Positions 1 through 11,217 of a DNA stretch of 64,000 nt are shown in pieces (position 1 is the stretch's first letter; every line of letters starts with the position of its first letter). Under the pieces are notes generated by a model. That model worked only from the letters and a program-made list of their open reading frames with translations. It was not told the origin of the DNA and ran no database searches. Source of the DNA: a phage. The stretch lies in the sequence record PZ445488.1. One strand, given 5' to 3'. The translations under genes were made by a program, and so were the position numbers.

Positions 1-19
1 AAACATAATTTCCTCAATA

Positions 20-35
20 GGGAGCCGAAGCTCCC
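20..35 (-). terminator. GC-rich tetraloop hairpin gggagc-cgaa-gctccc downstream of ORF 43..408
   Basis: perfect inverted repeat read from sequence; minus-strand RNA carries a UUCG loop; same hairpin family recurs after many genes. Confidence 0.5.
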
Positions 36-42
36 AATTAAT

Positions 43-408
43 TTAGATATCAAATTCGTTAAGAACTACATCAAAGATTGCTTCGAGATGTTCAGGTTTA
101 GCTCGGTTACTCAGGATATGACGAATCCAAGTTTTAACCAGAAGTTTACGATTAACACCATTCCAGCAAGGATGAGTACCTAAATCACGCTGACGGAAAT
201 CATCATCTAATGCAATTTTAAAATTTGAACCTTCCATCGTGATTGAAACCGTGATACCATTTTCAAATCGCATATAAACGTAATTAGGAGTCATGCACTG
301 TTCGATTTCACAAACTGTACCGTTTTCGTGTTTCCATAAGCAAATAACTTCAGAAGAACCAGCAATACCGTTAGAAACATATTTGCGTTCGAAGTTGATG
401 TAGTTCAT
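43..408 (-). CDS. hypothetical early protein
   Basis: 121-aa ORF on the early-gene strand with own promoter upstream and hairpin downstream; no motif recognised. Confidence 0.5.
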   Translation of the reverse strand: MNYINFERKYVSNGIAGSSEVICLWKHENGTVCEIEQCMTPNYVYMRFENGITVSITMEGSNFKIALDDDFRQRDLGTHPCWNGVNRKLLVKTWIRHILSNRAKPEHLEAIFDVVLNEFDI

Positions 409-445
409 TTTATTCTCCAGATGTTTAAGTTGTTTATTGGTACAG

Positions 446-479
446 GTCTATAATAACATAACCTGTACCAAAGTAAACT
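446..479 (-). promoter_or_regulatory. T4-type early promoter (-35 GTTTAC, 17-nt spacer, -10 TATTAT)
   Basis: minus strand reads GTTTAC-N17-TATTATAG just upstream of ORF 43..408. Confidence 0.5.
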
Positions 480-482
480 GTT

Positions 483-851
483 TTATGCAACTTTAATCCA
501 ATTGTCTAAATTTAAAACACCTTTGGCTTTCATTTTTTCGATCAGGTTATCTGCTGTAATGCGTCCATTTTGATACCATGTAACATCTTCAGAGTAACCA
601 GTTTCTTCGTCAACATATGTTTCTGAACGAATTTTACCGGTAATAATAGTTTTTAATTCGTATGTGTCACCTGTGAAAAAGTTTGCTAACACAATTTTCC
701 AAGAGAAATCATCAGAAGGACCTTCAGGGGTCATACAACCTACGAACTCAAATTGCTCTTTGTATAACATCCACTGGAATTCTTTAATTTCGATAGCTTT
801 ATAACCATCGTGGTCTTTACATTTGATGTATGAGTTCAGATTGATTTTCAT
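483..851 (-). CDS. hypothetical early protein
   Basis: 122-aa ORF, early-gene orientation, promoter-like element upstream. Confidence 0.5.
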   Translation of the reverse strand: MKINLNSYIKCKDHDGYKAIEIKEFQWMLYKEQFEFVGCMTPEGPSDDFSWKIVLANFFTGDTYELKTIITGKIRSETYVDEETGYSEDVTWYQNGRITADNLIEKMKAKGVLNLDNWIKVA

Positions 852-888
852 TTTGTTCTCCGGTTTGTTTTATTGATTAGGTGGTACA

Positions 889-923
889 AGTCTATAGTAA
901 CACATCCTACAGGAGAGTAAACA
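889..923 (-). promoter_or_regulatory. T4-type early promoter (-35 GTTTAC, -10 TACTAT)
   Basis: GTTTAC-N17-TACTATAG on minus strand upstream of ORF 483..851. Confidence 0.45.
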
Positions 924-958
924 TCTTTTTAAACTTTTTCTGCCCTAAACGCACAAAA

Positions 959-976
959 GGGAGACCGAAGTCTCCC
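959..976 (-). terminator. tetraloop hairpin gggagac-cgaa-gtctccc
   Basis: perfect inverted repeat immediately after stop of small ORF 982..1161. Confidence 0.5.
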
Positions 977-981
977 TAAAA

Positions 982-1161
982 TTACGCAACAACCTTTCCA
1001 AAACGAGAAGCATCATCTCGAAGAACTGCACGTGCTCTGCGCATGATCTTCTCAACTGTTTGATTAATACGAGAGTTCGACCCACGCTTGTATCCAGCGC
1101 GTTTAGAGGTACCATCAACTTTCTTTTCAACTGCTTTCTTTGCTTTAGCTTGTTTTGCCAT
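982..1161 (-). CDS. small lysine/arginine-rich protein (59 aa), below ORF-track cutoff
   Basis: hand translation MAKQAKAKKAVEKKVDGTSKRAGYKRGSNSRINQ...; followed directly by hairpin; function unknown. Confidence 0.4.
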   Translation of the reverse strand: MAKQAKAKKAVEKKVDGTSKRAGYKRGSNSRINQTVEKIMRRARAVLRDDASRFGKVVA

Positions 1162-1424
1162 TATAAATTCTCTTTAAATGAAAATGCAGGACTTATTGAC
1201 ATTGCCTGCGCAAGCCCTCAAGGGGAACATAGGTTTTGGATATTTAACGACAGGATAACCATAAACCCGTCATCATACCAACCACGACTTAGACAGATAA
1301 CCTTTTTCTGACGCGTGATAGTACAAAATACATTCAAGAGGTACACCGTAAAACTGCCGGGGTCTTAAAACTATAATGATTCGCAAATCATTAATCAGAC
1401 AGTTCGACGGCTCCTCGATTTAAC

Positions 1425-1673
1425 TTACTTCAGGGTAATAATAAAATGACGTACTGCTTTACGAGCTGCTGAAGCCAAAGGCTTAGCATATTTCAGTTCA
1501 TCTTTTGCTTCCAGTTCAGTAGCCAGTGCGGCCTGTGCTGGGTTCAGATGTTTGAAATAACGCAGGATTTCAAGAGCTTCGGCTTCAACATCAATAGATG
1601 CGCCATAGTTTTCGTGACCGTTATTCCATGCGTTGCGTTGCAGTTCAAGAGCGTGTTGTAATTGTTTAATCAT
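1425..1673 (-). CDS. rIII: rIII-like lysis-inhibition accessory protein (assigned by size and synteny)
   Basis: 82 aa, matching T4 rIII length, immediately downstream of gene 31 as in T4; sequence identity not verified. Confidence 0.5.
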   Translation of the reverse strand: MIKQLQHALELQRNAWNNGHENYGASIDVEAEALEILRYFKHLNPAQAALATELEAKDELKYAKPLASAARKAVRHFIITLK

Positions 1674-1797
1674 TTTAAATTCTCAATTCGAGATAATATT
1701 TAGTAGCCACGTTCTTCTGAATTTCACCTTCTTTCGACAAGTCTCTCAGTTGTAGGCTACCGCTTAGAAGAGTGTTCTCTTCATATAGTTATTTATA

Positions 1798-2130
1798 TCA
1801 CTTATAAAGACACGGAATAGCTTTATAGTGGCATGTTACGAATTTCTGTTTAATTTCTTTAGGTTGTTTAAGACCCAAAGCCACAAATGGGTGTGGAACA
1901 TTTCGAATTTGTCCAACTGGTAGTGGAGTCAAATCACCGACTTCAACAAAACCTTCAGGAACATCAGGACCTACAGAATGAACTACACATAGTTCAGGAA
2001 CTTCACCTTGAACACGTTTACCAATCACAAGTCCTGATTCTGTAACTTCTTCATCACCTGCTTGAGCGGGTTCAGAAACCAAAATGACATATTCACCAAC
2101 AGCACGAATTGGGAGTTGTACTTCAGACAT
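1798..2130 (-). CDS. 31: gp31 co-chaperonin (GroES analogue for capsid folding)
   Basis: 110 aa; [28 protein letters not shown]... ...[15 protein letters not shown] closely matches remembered T4 gp31. Confidence 0.85.
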   Translation of the reverse strand: MSEVQLPIRAVGEYVILVSEPAQAGDEEVTESGLVIGKRVQGEVPELCVVHSVGPDVPEGFVEVGDLTPLPVGQIRNVPHPFVALGLKQPKEIKQKFVTCHYKAIPCLYK

Positions 2131-2187
2131 CTTATTTCCTTGTTGTTTGACGATAGATTAATAATACCATACTATTCGTAAAGCATA

Positions 2188-2496
2188 TTACATAAGAAGC
2201 AAACGTTCGACCGGAGTACCATCAACCGAAATTACTTTATCAAGACGGAAAGAACGCCACTGGCCTAACTTGGTATCAAATGCTCGAACTGATTCACGAG
2301 GTTCATAACGAACTTCTGTTGCCGGATTGTTATTTTCATATTTGACTTCAAGTTCATCGCGCGAAGCAAACATAGTGCGTACATCACCGTTAGCCTTTTC
2401 AAATACAACACAATGAACGCCTACAGACAGAATAGTTTTAATACGTTCACGAAGAACCATAGTTTCTTGTTCAGTTAAAATCATATTATTCACCAC
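2188..2496 (-). CDS. hypothetical protein (cd-proximal)
   Basis: 102-aa ORF between cd and gene 31; no motif recognised. Confidence 0.4.
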   Translation of the reverse strand: MVNNMILTEQETMVLRERIKTILSVGVHCVVFEKANGDVRTMFASRDELEVKYENNNPATEVRYEPRESVRAFDTKLGQWRSFRLDKVISVDGTPVERLLLM

Positions 2497-3067
2497 AAAA
2501 GTTTCGGATTTGTTCCCAATTCAGAGAACGAAGATTATTACGAGAGTACTGAATTACTTCAATACCAGCTTGTTTTAGAATATCTGCCCAATTTTCAGGA
2601 GATCGGTCGTATAATTCTGCGTATACGACCTTTTTAATACCTGACTGCGTAATAGCTTTAGTACAATCAGGACATGGAGAAAGCGTCGTATATAACGTAG
2701 CACCTTCAATAGAATTACCTTTACGAGCGGCAAACAAAATTGCATTCAATTCTGCATGGATTTCATTATTAGCAGACCATGCACTATGAGCAGCTCGATG
2801 TTCTTTGGCTAAAACAAAATTATCTACCCGTCCAAATGCTGTAGTGCCTTCTTTATGTCCAGCAACGATGACTGGGATTGGTTTATTCTTCAACCAACCA
2901 TTTTCAGATGCATGTTCGCAACAGTTAACGCCACCTGCAGGTGAACCGTTATATCCAGTAGAGATAATGCGTCCATCTTTTTCAATGACGGCACCAACTT
3001 TCCATGAACAACATTTTGATTCTTGAGAAATCAGATATGCAATCTGAAGGTATGTGCTAGCTTTCAT
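2486..3067 (-). CDS. cd: dCMP deaminase
   Basis: 193 aa; zinc-dependent cytidine/dCMP deaminase motifs (HAE...PCxxC) and T4 Cd-like sequence. Confidence 0.9.
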   Translation of the reverse strand: MKASTYLQIAYLISQESKCCSWKVGAVIEKDGRIISTGYNGSPAGGVNCCEHASENGWLKNKPIPVIVAGHKEGTTAFGRVDNFVLAKEHRAAHSAWSANNEIHAELNAILFAARKGNSIEGATLYTTLSPCPDCTKAITQSGIKKVVYAELYDRSPENWADILKQAGIEVIQYSRNNLRSLNWEQIRNFCGE

Positions 3068-4059
3068 TATTGAACCTTATTAATATAAGTTAACAGCTCT
3101 TTAGTTTGTTCCCAACTGATGCACGCATCGGTAACGGAAACGCCATAGGACATATTATCAGAAATTTTTTGATTTCCTTCATGTAGGAACGATTCTATCA
3201 TAATTCCTTTGACCAAATCATTAGCTGCTAAATTTTTACCAATACCAATTTGATTGCTATAATGCCCATCAGCGTTTGCATGGCTACAGTCAACCATTAC
3301 ATAATGATTCAGACCTACTGCCCTTGCTTTGTTAGAAGCTTCTTGAATATCAGAAGAATGATAGTTCGGGCCGTTGGTCCCGCCACGCAATACGATATGC
3401 GTATTCTGATTACCTTCAGCTTCAACAATGCCTACAGTACCATCGACGTCCATACCCATATACCGATGAGGCCAGGCGGCACTATACATCGCGTCTGTAG
3501 CTACTTTAATAGAACCATTGGTTGCGTTCTTAAAGCCTACGCACATCGGTAGACCTGAAGCAATTTCACGATGTGTCTGACTTTCAGTCGTACGGGCGCC
3601 AATAGCAACCCATGAGAAAATACCAGAAAGATACTTAATCGTGAATGGGTCTAATACTTCAGTTGCTAATGGAAGTCCCATACGTAGAAGTTTACGACAC
3701 AATGTTCGTGCAACTATAAGACCGTGGTTCATATCAAAACTTCCGTCAAGATATGGATCATTTACAAGACCTTTCCAACCTACGGTAGTTCGAGGCTTTT
3801 CAAAATAAACGCGCATCACTAACAGAACATTAGGAAGACGAGTTTGAAGTTCAGCCAGACGTTTGCCGTATTCAACAGCAGCAATAGGGTCATGAATTGA
3901 ACAAGGACCTACAACAATAAGTTTGCGTGGGTCTTCACCGTTCATAATCGAATTAACTTGTTCGCGATGAGAAGCCACTTGTGATGCGTAAGCTTCCGAC
4001 AAAGGAATAATCTCAGCCAGTTCTTTTGGAGAAATAAGTTTTCCGACGACAGGTAACAT
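3067..4059 (-). CDS. 3-deoxy-D-arabino-heptulosonate-7-phosphate (DAHP) synthase, AroG/AroF/AroH class I type
   Basis: 330 aa; LIVVGPCSIHD, RVYFEKPRTTVGWKGL, GARTTESQTHRE, CSHAN, IESFLHEGNQ and VTDAC motifs align with E. coli AroG catalytic residues. Confidence 0.85.
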   Translation of the reverse strand: MLPVVGKLISPKELAEIIPLSEAYASQVASHREQVNSIMNGEDPRKLIVVGPCSIHDPIAAVEYGKRLAELQTRLPNVLLVMRVYFEKPRTTVGWKGLVNDPYLDGSFDMNHGLIVARTLCRKLLRMGLPLATEVLDPFTIKYLSGIFSWVAIGARTTESQTHREIASGLPMCVGFKNATNGSIKVATDAMYSAAWPHRYMGMDVDGTVGIVEAEGNQNTHIVLRGGTNGPNYHSSDIQEASNKARAVGLNHYVMVDCSHANADGHYSNQIGIGKNLAANDLVKGIMIESFLHEGNQKISDNMSYGVSVTDACISWEQTKELLTYINKVQ

Positions 4060-4179
4060 AACAATCCTTAGGAGATATAAACAGATTCTGATTCAACAAT
4101 ACCTTTAACCGGATTAGACAGGCTAAGTTGGTAGTGCTCAGATTTATGACCATTCTCGATAGTAATGAGATAGCTCTCA

Positions 4180-4416
4180 TTATAGTGTTCCATATACTCG
4201 AGTTGCTTCAACAAGACCATCACTGCCTAATTTAAGATTAGTAATTTGGTCACCATCTTTAGGATTAACGATTATGAGAAAAGAACGTGGAGATTCTTGA
4301 ATAACTCGTAATGTTGCATCCTGGAAACGTTCAGACACTTTATTGATGAGTGCTTGAGCAAATTCTTTTACTTTAATCTGAAATTCGTGTACTGTAATTG
4401 GGTTTTCACTTAGCAT
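4180..4416 (-). CDS. hypothetical protein
   Basis: 78-aa ORF in early orientation. Confidence 0.35.
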   Translation of the reverse strand: MLSENPITVHEFQIKVKEFAQALINKVSERFQDATLRVIQESPRSFLIIVNPKDGDQITNLKLGSDGLVEATRVYGTL

Positions 4417-4476
4417 TTCTATTTCCTCATTTGTTGGTAGAGTTATAGTATCACAACTCCACCATGTTGTAAACCA

Positions 4477-4752
4477 TTAAATTGCTTTGCATTCAATTTT
4501 TTGTGTACCGAAATTGATATCACATTGGATAACTAAATCACCGTCAAGATCAAATACCACTATGACGTGTGCAGACCCAGGGAGAAGAGTAATAGCAATA
4601 GAATCTACTTGGTCTGGGAGCAAAGCATTGAGTACATGAGTTAGTTGAGCATGAACTCTGAGTTCGGCTGCATTATCAAGCACTTCAAACATATTATTAG
4701 CAATAATCTGACTGAAGACTACCTTTACAATTTCAGAATAAGTTGGGAACAT
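4477..4752 (-). CDS. hypothetical protein
   Basis: 91-aa ORF in early orientation. Confidence 0.35.
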   Translation of the reverse strand: MFPTYSEIVKVVFSQIIANNMFEVLDNAAELRVHAQLTHVLNALLPDQVDSIAITLLPGSAHVIVVFDLDGDLVIQCDINFGTQKIECKAI

Positions 4753-4759
4753 AATTACC

Positions 4760-4984
4760 TCAGTGTACAGTATTTACTTTAACTCGAACAACAAATCGCT
4801 CGGTCGGTTCACCTACAGGAACGAACTCTACATGATATTCGCCTTTGTAACGAGTATTCAGATCATTACGAATTCCTGCGAGTTTGTTTATTAATGTAGG
4901 ACTCATATTAAGTCCCACTAGTTTACGAAGCATTTTGTATGCTTCATCTTCGATTTCATGATGTTTATCGTACATAGTTTTCAT
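4760..4984 (-). CDS. hypothetical protein
   Basis: 74-aa ORF in early orientation. Confidence 0.35.
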   Translation of the reverse strand: MKTMYDKHHEIEDEAYKMLRKLVGLNMSPTLINKLAGIRNDLNTRYKGEYHVEFVPVGEPTERFVVRVKVNTVH

Positions 4985-5155
4985 TTAACCATTCAATTGC
5001 CTGGTCGACGTTATCAAATATACCACCGTCCAAACGTTCTTCATGCTCATAGTCCAGCACATCAATACCGAACTGTCCATTTACTAAAGGCCAGGCAACA
5101 AACAAATATTCTTTATGCCGTTCAATGGCCTCAATCACTTCATATAATCGTTTCA

Positions 5156-5156
<1 letters not shown>
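4965..5156 (-). CDS. hypothetical protein
   Basis: 63-aa ORF whose start abuts the pseT stop. Confidence 0.35.
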
Positions 5157-6242
<1,086 letters not shown>

Positions 6243-6243
<1 letters not shown>

Positions 6244-6542
6244 TATTTTATTCCTAAGAAAGTTTCAAGAATACGAATGTTATGCTCGCGCCGGTCTTTA
6301 TTAATTTCAGCAACGTTTTTATTAATTGATGTACTTCTAACGTTTGAAGAAATAAATTTAATAATATGACTTTTGAGTTGTTGCAAATCCAACCCTTTTT
6401 CTTTAGCCGCTTTACGAAGAGCTTTACCTGCTTCATCTAGTGCCTTTGCTGCATCTTCGTCACAATTGTCAAGTGACATTCCACGACAGATATCAATATA
6501 CTCATCCGACCGTTTGATGTAATTCTCTAGTAATGTTTTCAT
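6243..6542 (-). CDS. hypothetical protein
   Basis: 99-aa ORF with promoter-like element upstream. Confidence 0.4.
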
Positions 6543-6567
6543 TTAGATTTCCTCAATTATCCATAGG

Positions 6568-6600
6568 AGCATTATACTCTGCTCCCAAGAGTTTGTAAAC
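6568..6600 (-). promoter_or_regulatory. T4-type early promoter (GTTTAC-N18-TATAAT), member of a repeated promoter segment
   Basis: minus strand GTTTACaaactcttgggagcagagTATAATgct; near-identical copy at 36040..36079. Confidence 0.5.
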
Positions 6601-6824
6601 TATTTTACTAAAGATTCAATATACTCATGAAGAGCTTTAGTCGCTACTGCCCACTTGTTCTGATATTCATTTTTCAAATTAGCACGAGACTGAACTAACA
6701 AGCGGTCATTAGTCGGAGGCAAAGATTCTAATCGTTGAATCTGGCGTCCATAAATCATAGCCGCCATTTCAGAATCATAAATAAGCCCTTTAAGGTACTC
6801 GTGTTGTTCTTTAGTCATTGACAT
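6600..6824 (-). CDS. hypothetical protein
   Basis: 74-aa ORF. Confidence 0.35.
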   Translation of the reverse strand: MSMTKEQHEYLKGLIYDSEMAAMIYGRQIQRLESLPPTNDRLLVQSRANLKNEYQNKWAVATKALHEYIESLVK

Positions 6825-7105
6825 TTTTCCTCTTTTAAACCACTACGATAATAACATAACATAGTCTTCTGGTCATGTACATATCTTTTTACGTCGTTTA
6901 ACCAGATACGAAATTCTTGAGAGTCTTCAAATGGCATTCCAACCCATGGATTACCATCAATAACCTTTACTTGCCATTTCTGGTTATATTCAACAATAGA
7001 TTCAGGCCATGGCGGATGTAAAGTTTCTTTAGGGCTTAAGGGCACATCCTGGGCACATCCAGCCAAAATACCAATAGATAATACAACTGCGGCTAATTTA
7101 ATCAT
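6815..7105 (-). CDS. outer-membrane lipoprotein, candidate o-spanin (T4 pseT.2 position)
   Basis: 96 aa; signal peptide ending in lipobox LAGC; adjacent to a membrane-anchored partner; position matches the T4 spanin pair. Confidence 0.5.
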   Translation of the reverse strand: MIKLAAVVLSIGILAGCAQDVPLSPKETLHPPWPESIVEYNQKWQVKVIDGNPWVGMPFEDSQEFRIWLNDVKRYVHDQKTMLCYYRSGLKEEKCQ

Positions 7106-7458
7106 TCTGAGAGCTTCCTGAGGTCTTCTGCAAAGGAATCAAAGGACCTGTTGATTTGTTTTTCGACCAATCCTGGCTTACTTGCCACCACGTTCTTCTT
7201 CTTCGAATCCTGACGGAGCTTTTCATTTTCGGCCTTAAGTTGGTCAACTAAAACACGATTCTTATATGTCATTTCTTCTATAGACTGATACTGAACCTTG
7301 AAGTCATCTAACGCTTTAGCGTTGTTATTAGCAGTCTCTTTTACTGTAGCCAATTCGGTATTCAGCGAATCGACTTTATGGTTCAGAAATGCTATTGTTA
7401 CAGTAGCAACAACCGCAAAAGCTGCCACTACAATATATGATGCATTTACTTTAAGCAT
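7102..7458 (-). CDS. N-terminally membrane-anchored coiled-coil protein, candidate i-spanin (T4 pseT.3 position)
   Basis: 118 aa; hydrophobic N-terminal helix (YIVVAAFAVVATVTIAFL) then charged helical region; overlaps lipoprotein gene start. Confidence 0.5.
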   Translation of the reverse strand: MLKVNASYIVVAAFAVVATVTIAFLNHKVDSLNTELATVKETANNNAKALDDFKVQYQSIEEMTYKNRVLVDQLKAENEKLRQDSKKKNVVASKPGLVEKQINRSFDSFAEDLRKLSE

Positions 7459-7946
7459 GTTTGAATAATCTCAATGATTTCGTCTCGGGATAATCCATTG
7501 ATAAGAACTGTTTTAGGCCCATCAGTTTGGATTTTGTAGGTCTCAAACATTACACACAGCTCTTCTGCTGTATGATATGGACTTGAAATTCCGAGGCGGT
7601 TGAATTTGTCGGTAAGAGGGTCGCAAATAATGTAGAATTTTATACCTGCGATATGTACGTTGGGTTGACTAATATTAATGAACACATTAGCGTCATATTT
7701 AGTCAAATTGTTTTGAAGAAATTCTACCATAGCATTAACTGCTTCTGGCATCGCTTCGCGTTTCTCTTCAGCGTATCGGGTTGAATACTCTTTTTGTTTT
7801 ACTTTCTTTTTAAGATTTTTGGCCAGTGTAACACGAAGGTCAGTAAGATAACCAACTGGACGTCCTTTCTTAAAGACTCGGATTCCGTCAGTTGTGTCTC
7901 CAAAAGCGGTTACGACCATATCATTAGTGATCAATTGCATATTCAT
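7446..7946 (-). CDS. alc: Alc-like protein (assigned by synteny); start set at MNMQ
   Basis: ORF between pseT region and gene 63 as in T4; an early promoter at 7974..8007 lies inside the longer ORF-track version, supporting the internal start; about 166 aa. Confidence 0.45.
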   Translation of the reverse strand: MNMQLITNDMVVTAFGDTTDGIRVFKKGRPVGYLTDLRVTLAKNLKKKVKQKEYSTRYAEEKREAMPEAVNAMVEFLQNNLTKYDANVFINISQPNVHIAGIKFYIICDPLTDKFNRLGISSPYHTAEELCVMFETYKIQTDGPKTVLINGLSRDEIIEIIQTCLK

Positions 7947-7973
7947 AATTTTCTCCTCGTGTTGTTGATAAAA

Positions 7974-8007
7974 GCCATAGTAACACCTTCCTTGGTGTTT
8001 GTAAACC
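7974..8007 (-). promoter_or_regulatory. T4-type early promoter
   Basis: GTTTAC -35 and TACTAT-like -10 on minus strand between gene 63 stop and alc start. Confidence 0.45.
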
Positions 8008-8008
8008 A

Positions 8009-9142
<1,134 letters not shown>

Positions 9143-9188
9143 TCAGTTAGTTTTTTTAAATTGTACCACAATCCTTGTGGTATGTAAA

Positions 9189-9599
9189 CTACTTTTTCTT
9201 ATGTTGGATATTCCAAGGCGGGTTGAACTTTTTGATAAAAAGTGGTTCTTCAAGGTCCATTGTTGCGATGGTCATTGAACCAAGTTCGTTGGTGACTGAA
9301 AGGTCAAAACATTGGCGGGCCCAGAATTCAACCTTTTTGCCTTGCATTAAGGCATCCAAAATCATAAGTGATTTTCTTGAATCTGAAGTCTGGTCTTTTC
9401 GATTTATGGCTGTTCGATAATAGTTAATGCGTTTCTTTAAATTCTTGGTTTTACCAATATACACAAGTTCGTCATCTATAGCAATAGCGTATATGACATT
9501 TTTCTTATTAGGGGCATCAATGGTTTTAATTGTTGCATCTTCTAATAGCTCCAATTCTATATATTTAATAAAGGAATATTCGGCGGCAATATCTTTCAT
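9189..9599 (-). CDS. denA: endonuclease II (GIY-YIG family)
   Basis: 136 aa as in T4; GIY-YIG-like motif VIYAIAI...LVYIGKTKNLKKRINYY; syntenic. Confidence 0.8.
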   Translation of the reverse strand: MKDIAAEYSFIKYIELELLEDATIKTIDAPNKKNVIYAIAIDDELVYIGKTKNLKKRINYYRTAINRKDQTSDSRKSLMILDALMQGKKVEFWARQCFDLSVTNELGSMTIATMDLEEPLFIKKFNPPWNIQHKKK

Positions 9600-9607
9600 A
9601 ATAAAGT

Positions 9608-9621
9608 GGGACCGAAGTCCC
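9608..9621 (-). terminator. tetraloop hairpin gggac-cgaa-gtccc after nrdB
   Basis: inverted repeat between nrdB exon 2 stop and denA. Confidence 0.45.
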
Positions 9622-9625
9622 GTCC

Positions 9626-10105
9626 TTAGAAATATTTTTTGTATGAATTGATTACATTTTGGTCTACATCATTATCAATTTGTGCGACAAGATAAGAACT
9701 GATTTCAACTTCCTGAGGAGCTGCTTGAACTAAATCAGAGTTCAGATATTCACGAATCCAAGGATACGGATGCTTGGTCGGAGCATCAGTGATTGGGCAT
9801 GGCAAACCACACTGTTTCATACGAGACACGGTCAAGTAATCAACAAAAGCACACATACTCTGCGTATTGATACCTGGACATGTACCATCTTTAAAGAGGT
9901 GTGCAGCCCATTCCTTCTCTTGACTATTTACTTCCATAAAAATGTCAACTGCTTCTTGTTCACATTCTTTAGCAATTTGAACCCACTCATCACCGTCAGT
10001 ACCAGATTGAAGTTGACGGATAATGTACTGAGTACCCTTGAGATGGAGTTGTTCGTCACGAGCAATGAACTTCATAATCTTTGCATTGCCTTCCATGATT
10101 TCCAT
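9626..10105 (-). CDS. nrdB: ribonucleotide reductase small subunit, exon 2 (3' splice site approximate, within about 50 nt upstream of 10105)
   Basis: MEGNAKI...ARDEQLHL aligns with E. coli NrdB EXXH iron-ligand region; ORF-track Met is not a true start. Confidence 0.8.
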   Translation of the reverse strand: MEIMEGNAKIMKFIARDEQLHLKGTQYIIRQLQSGTDGDEWVQIAKECEQEAVDIFMEVNSQEKEWAAHLFKDGTCPGINTQSMCAFVDYLTVSRMKQCGLPCPITDAPTKHPYPWIREYLNSDLVQAAPQEVEISSYLVAQIDNDVDQNVINSYKKYF

Positions 10106-11217
10106 GTTCTTATGGAAGTTAAAGGTACCGTTATGTTCGATTGAGCTCGCTAATTCTCAACCCGTTCTCTTATGAACTGCTACATATTACTATGCAGACC
10201 AGACTATATCACAATCCCAGAGGGATTCTCCCCATTTCGAGTCGCTTGACCCTACGTCCGAAGACTAGTCGTTGAACCTTGCTTTGCAATTGTCGCCGTG
10301 CCATCGTTTATATGTTGATGGTGATAAATCTTTCTTATCACAATATGGACAATTCAATTGAATTCTATTTGGATTTAATTTACATCTGTCATTATGTTTT
10401 AGATAAAATCCAGGACCTTTACCAATGTGACCGCAGAAATCACATGTGATTTCTTTTTGTGCAGGATGGGTCCCGTTCTTAACCATTTCTAATGTTTTTG
10501 CTGATGTTCTTTTCTTATGGCCTTCTGACAAGAAATGATGTGAACCGTCATTTACCCGTTTTGATTGAGTTTCTGACTGCATTTTACCACCGCAAAATAC
10601 ATGAGTACCTTCTTTTATAGCTGCAATATTGCGTTCTTTAACTTTTGCAATATGCTCAGCTTGTTGAAAATTATGTATACCTAATGCAACTCTATTTAAA
10701 TTAGATTTACGCTGTATTTCACCGTCTAAAAGATGAAATGTACCATTTTCTATCTTAGATTTAATAGAGGCAATATTTTTAGCTCGTACTTCAGGGATAT
10801 TAAAAATCTGGATTTCTCTAGATTTTGCGGCTTTAGAAGCTAATTCAGAAATTTCTTCAGGAGAATATTTCATTCTAAGCTTTATAGCATGACAAGCCTG
10901 GTAATCTTTTTGAGCTAAATGTATATCATAATGTTCCTGTATAGAAAGGCACATCAAATTATCTAAATCATTATTTTCACGGTTACCGTCTTTATGATGG
11001 ATTTCGTATGTTCTTCCATCAGAATCTTTAGGTATAGGTCCGTTAGCATCTATCCAAATTTTTCTATAGTTCAATTGTGCATCCTCTTAAAAGTATAATC
11101 ATATTTATATTATACTAATTAAAGGTGCAAGCAAAACCTTGGCTGCTAGTTTTCCTATAAAGGACTTTCCAGCAATTAAAGGAGTTTTCTATAAACGTTA
11201 CCGTTTAAAGGCGCATT
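10106..11217 (-). mobile_element. group I intron in nrdB carrying an HNH homing endonuclease gene (boundaries approximate)
   Basis: conserved NrdB sequence is interrupted for about 1.1 kb; exon 1 ends in a stop right after RFYVSFA; a free-standing HNH ORF lies inside; T4/RB3 have an intron at this gene. Confidence 0.75.
10265..11074 (-). CDS. HNH homing endonuclease (I-TevIII-like), intron-encoded
   Basis: 269 aa; HNH motif EIHHKDGNRENNDLDNLMCLSIQEHYDIH; Cys-rich C-terminal region (CPYCDKK). Confidence 0.8.
   Translation of the reverse strand: MNYRKIWIDANGPIPKDSDGRTYEIHHKDGNRENNDLDNLMCLSIQEHYDIHLAQKDYQACHAIKLRMKYSPEEISELASKAAKSREIQIFNIPEVRAKNIASIKSKIENGTFHLLDGEIQRKSNLNRVALGIHNFQQAEHIAKVKERNIAAIKEGTHVFCGGKMQSETQSKRVNDGSHHFLSEGHKKRTSAKTLEMVKNGTHPAQKEITCDFCGHIGKGPGFYLKHNDRCKLNPNRIQLNCPYCDKKDLSPSTYKRWHGDNCKARFND

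Noticed and set aside
945-1311. ORF-track ORFs 945..1130 (minus) and 1060..1311 (plus)
   Set aside because: A different minus-strand frame (982..1161) gives a compact basic protein with ribosome-binding site and terminator hairpin, which explains the region better; the plus ORF is antisense with no signals.
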